From Myxococcota bacterium (GTDB taxonomy: Bacteria > Myxococcota_A > UBA796 > CAJQPC01): a DNA stretch of 64,000 nt. Numbering within the stretch: the first letter of the stretch is position 1; each line of letters opens with the position of its first letter. The stretch lies in assembly GCA_036012755.1 (NCBI GenBank), contig DASCPX010000070.1:32001-96000 (forward strand). Reading direction: 5' to 3'. Position numbers and translations under genes: made by a program. Of this stretch, positions 63,676 to 64,000 are shown piece by piece. The notes below the pieces were generated by a model. It searched no databases, was not told the DNA's origin, and was given only the letters and a program-made list of their open reading frames with translations.

Positions 63676-64000
63676 TCAGTCCGTGGACGACTTGACCGCG
63701 CCGTTGCCACCCCAGGTGACGATGAACTCGGCTCGCCTGTTCTGCGACCAGGCGCGCTCGTTGGAGTCGCCGGTGAGCGGGGCCTCTTCGCCGTAGCTGA
63801 TGACCGCCAGCCGAGAGGGCGCCACCCCAGAGCTGATCATGTAGTCCTTGACCGCGTTGGCGCGCCTGTCGCCAAGGGCCAGGTTGTACTCGGTCGCCCC
63901 GCGCTCGTCGGCGTGACCCTGCACCTGCACCTTGACGTTCGGATGGACCTGCAGGATCTGGATGTTCGCGTCCAGCGCTGCGCGGGACTCCGGCGAGAGC
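63676..64000 (-). CDS. pal: Peptidoglycan-associated lipoprotein / OmpA domain (5' end outside window)
   Basis: GHADERGATEYNLALGDRRA, SYGEE, NRRAEF. Confidence 0.88.
   Translation of the reverse strand, partial: LSPESRAALDANIQILQVHPNVKVQVQGHADERGATEYNLALGDRRANAVKDYMISSGVAPSRLAVISYGEEAPLTGDSNERAWSQNRRAEFIVTWGGNGAVKSSTD

Noticed and set aside
63676..63678. Selenocysteine UGA at the pal/tatD junction
   Set aside because: The position is not a Cys-equivalent site in either family and no canonical bacterial SECIS is recognisable.

Overview
High-GC, gene-dense 64 kb bacterial chromosomal segment. The gene content (Hanks-type kinases, ExbD/AglQS-like pair, degenerate J-domain/TPR proteins, many FG-GAP/Ig-like lipoproteins, deltaproteobacterial-type Fur boxes) suggests a Myxococcota-like organism; this is inference. 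About 56 CDS are supportable. Housekeeping genes include feoAB, slyX, an rlmL-like methylase, aconitase, malQ, pgi, type III glnA, tatD and pal. No rRNA, tRNA, CRISPR array, integrase or transposase was recognised. Most notable observations: (1) a tightly coupled operon of membrane Ser/Thr kinase, TPR-fused TonB-dependent receptor, two lipoproteins, tandem PilZ, slyX and Fur-boxed feoAB, a candidate kinase-based trans-envelope signalling system; (2) pervasive ultra-short (7-11 aa), uncharged lipoprotein/Sec signal peptides, some paired with apparent leaderless promoters; (3) a four-helix-bundle (IVP/Avd-family) gene with an upstream GCGGGA-type hexamer array and a long stem-loop that sequesters its RBS; (4) tatD whose catalytic N-terminus follows the pal UGA in frame with no start codon; (5) repeated flippase + GT-C-like modules, two kinase-STAND-TPR paralogs and a tail-to-tail FG-GAP paralog pair. 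All product calls come from reading motifs by eye; no database searches were run.
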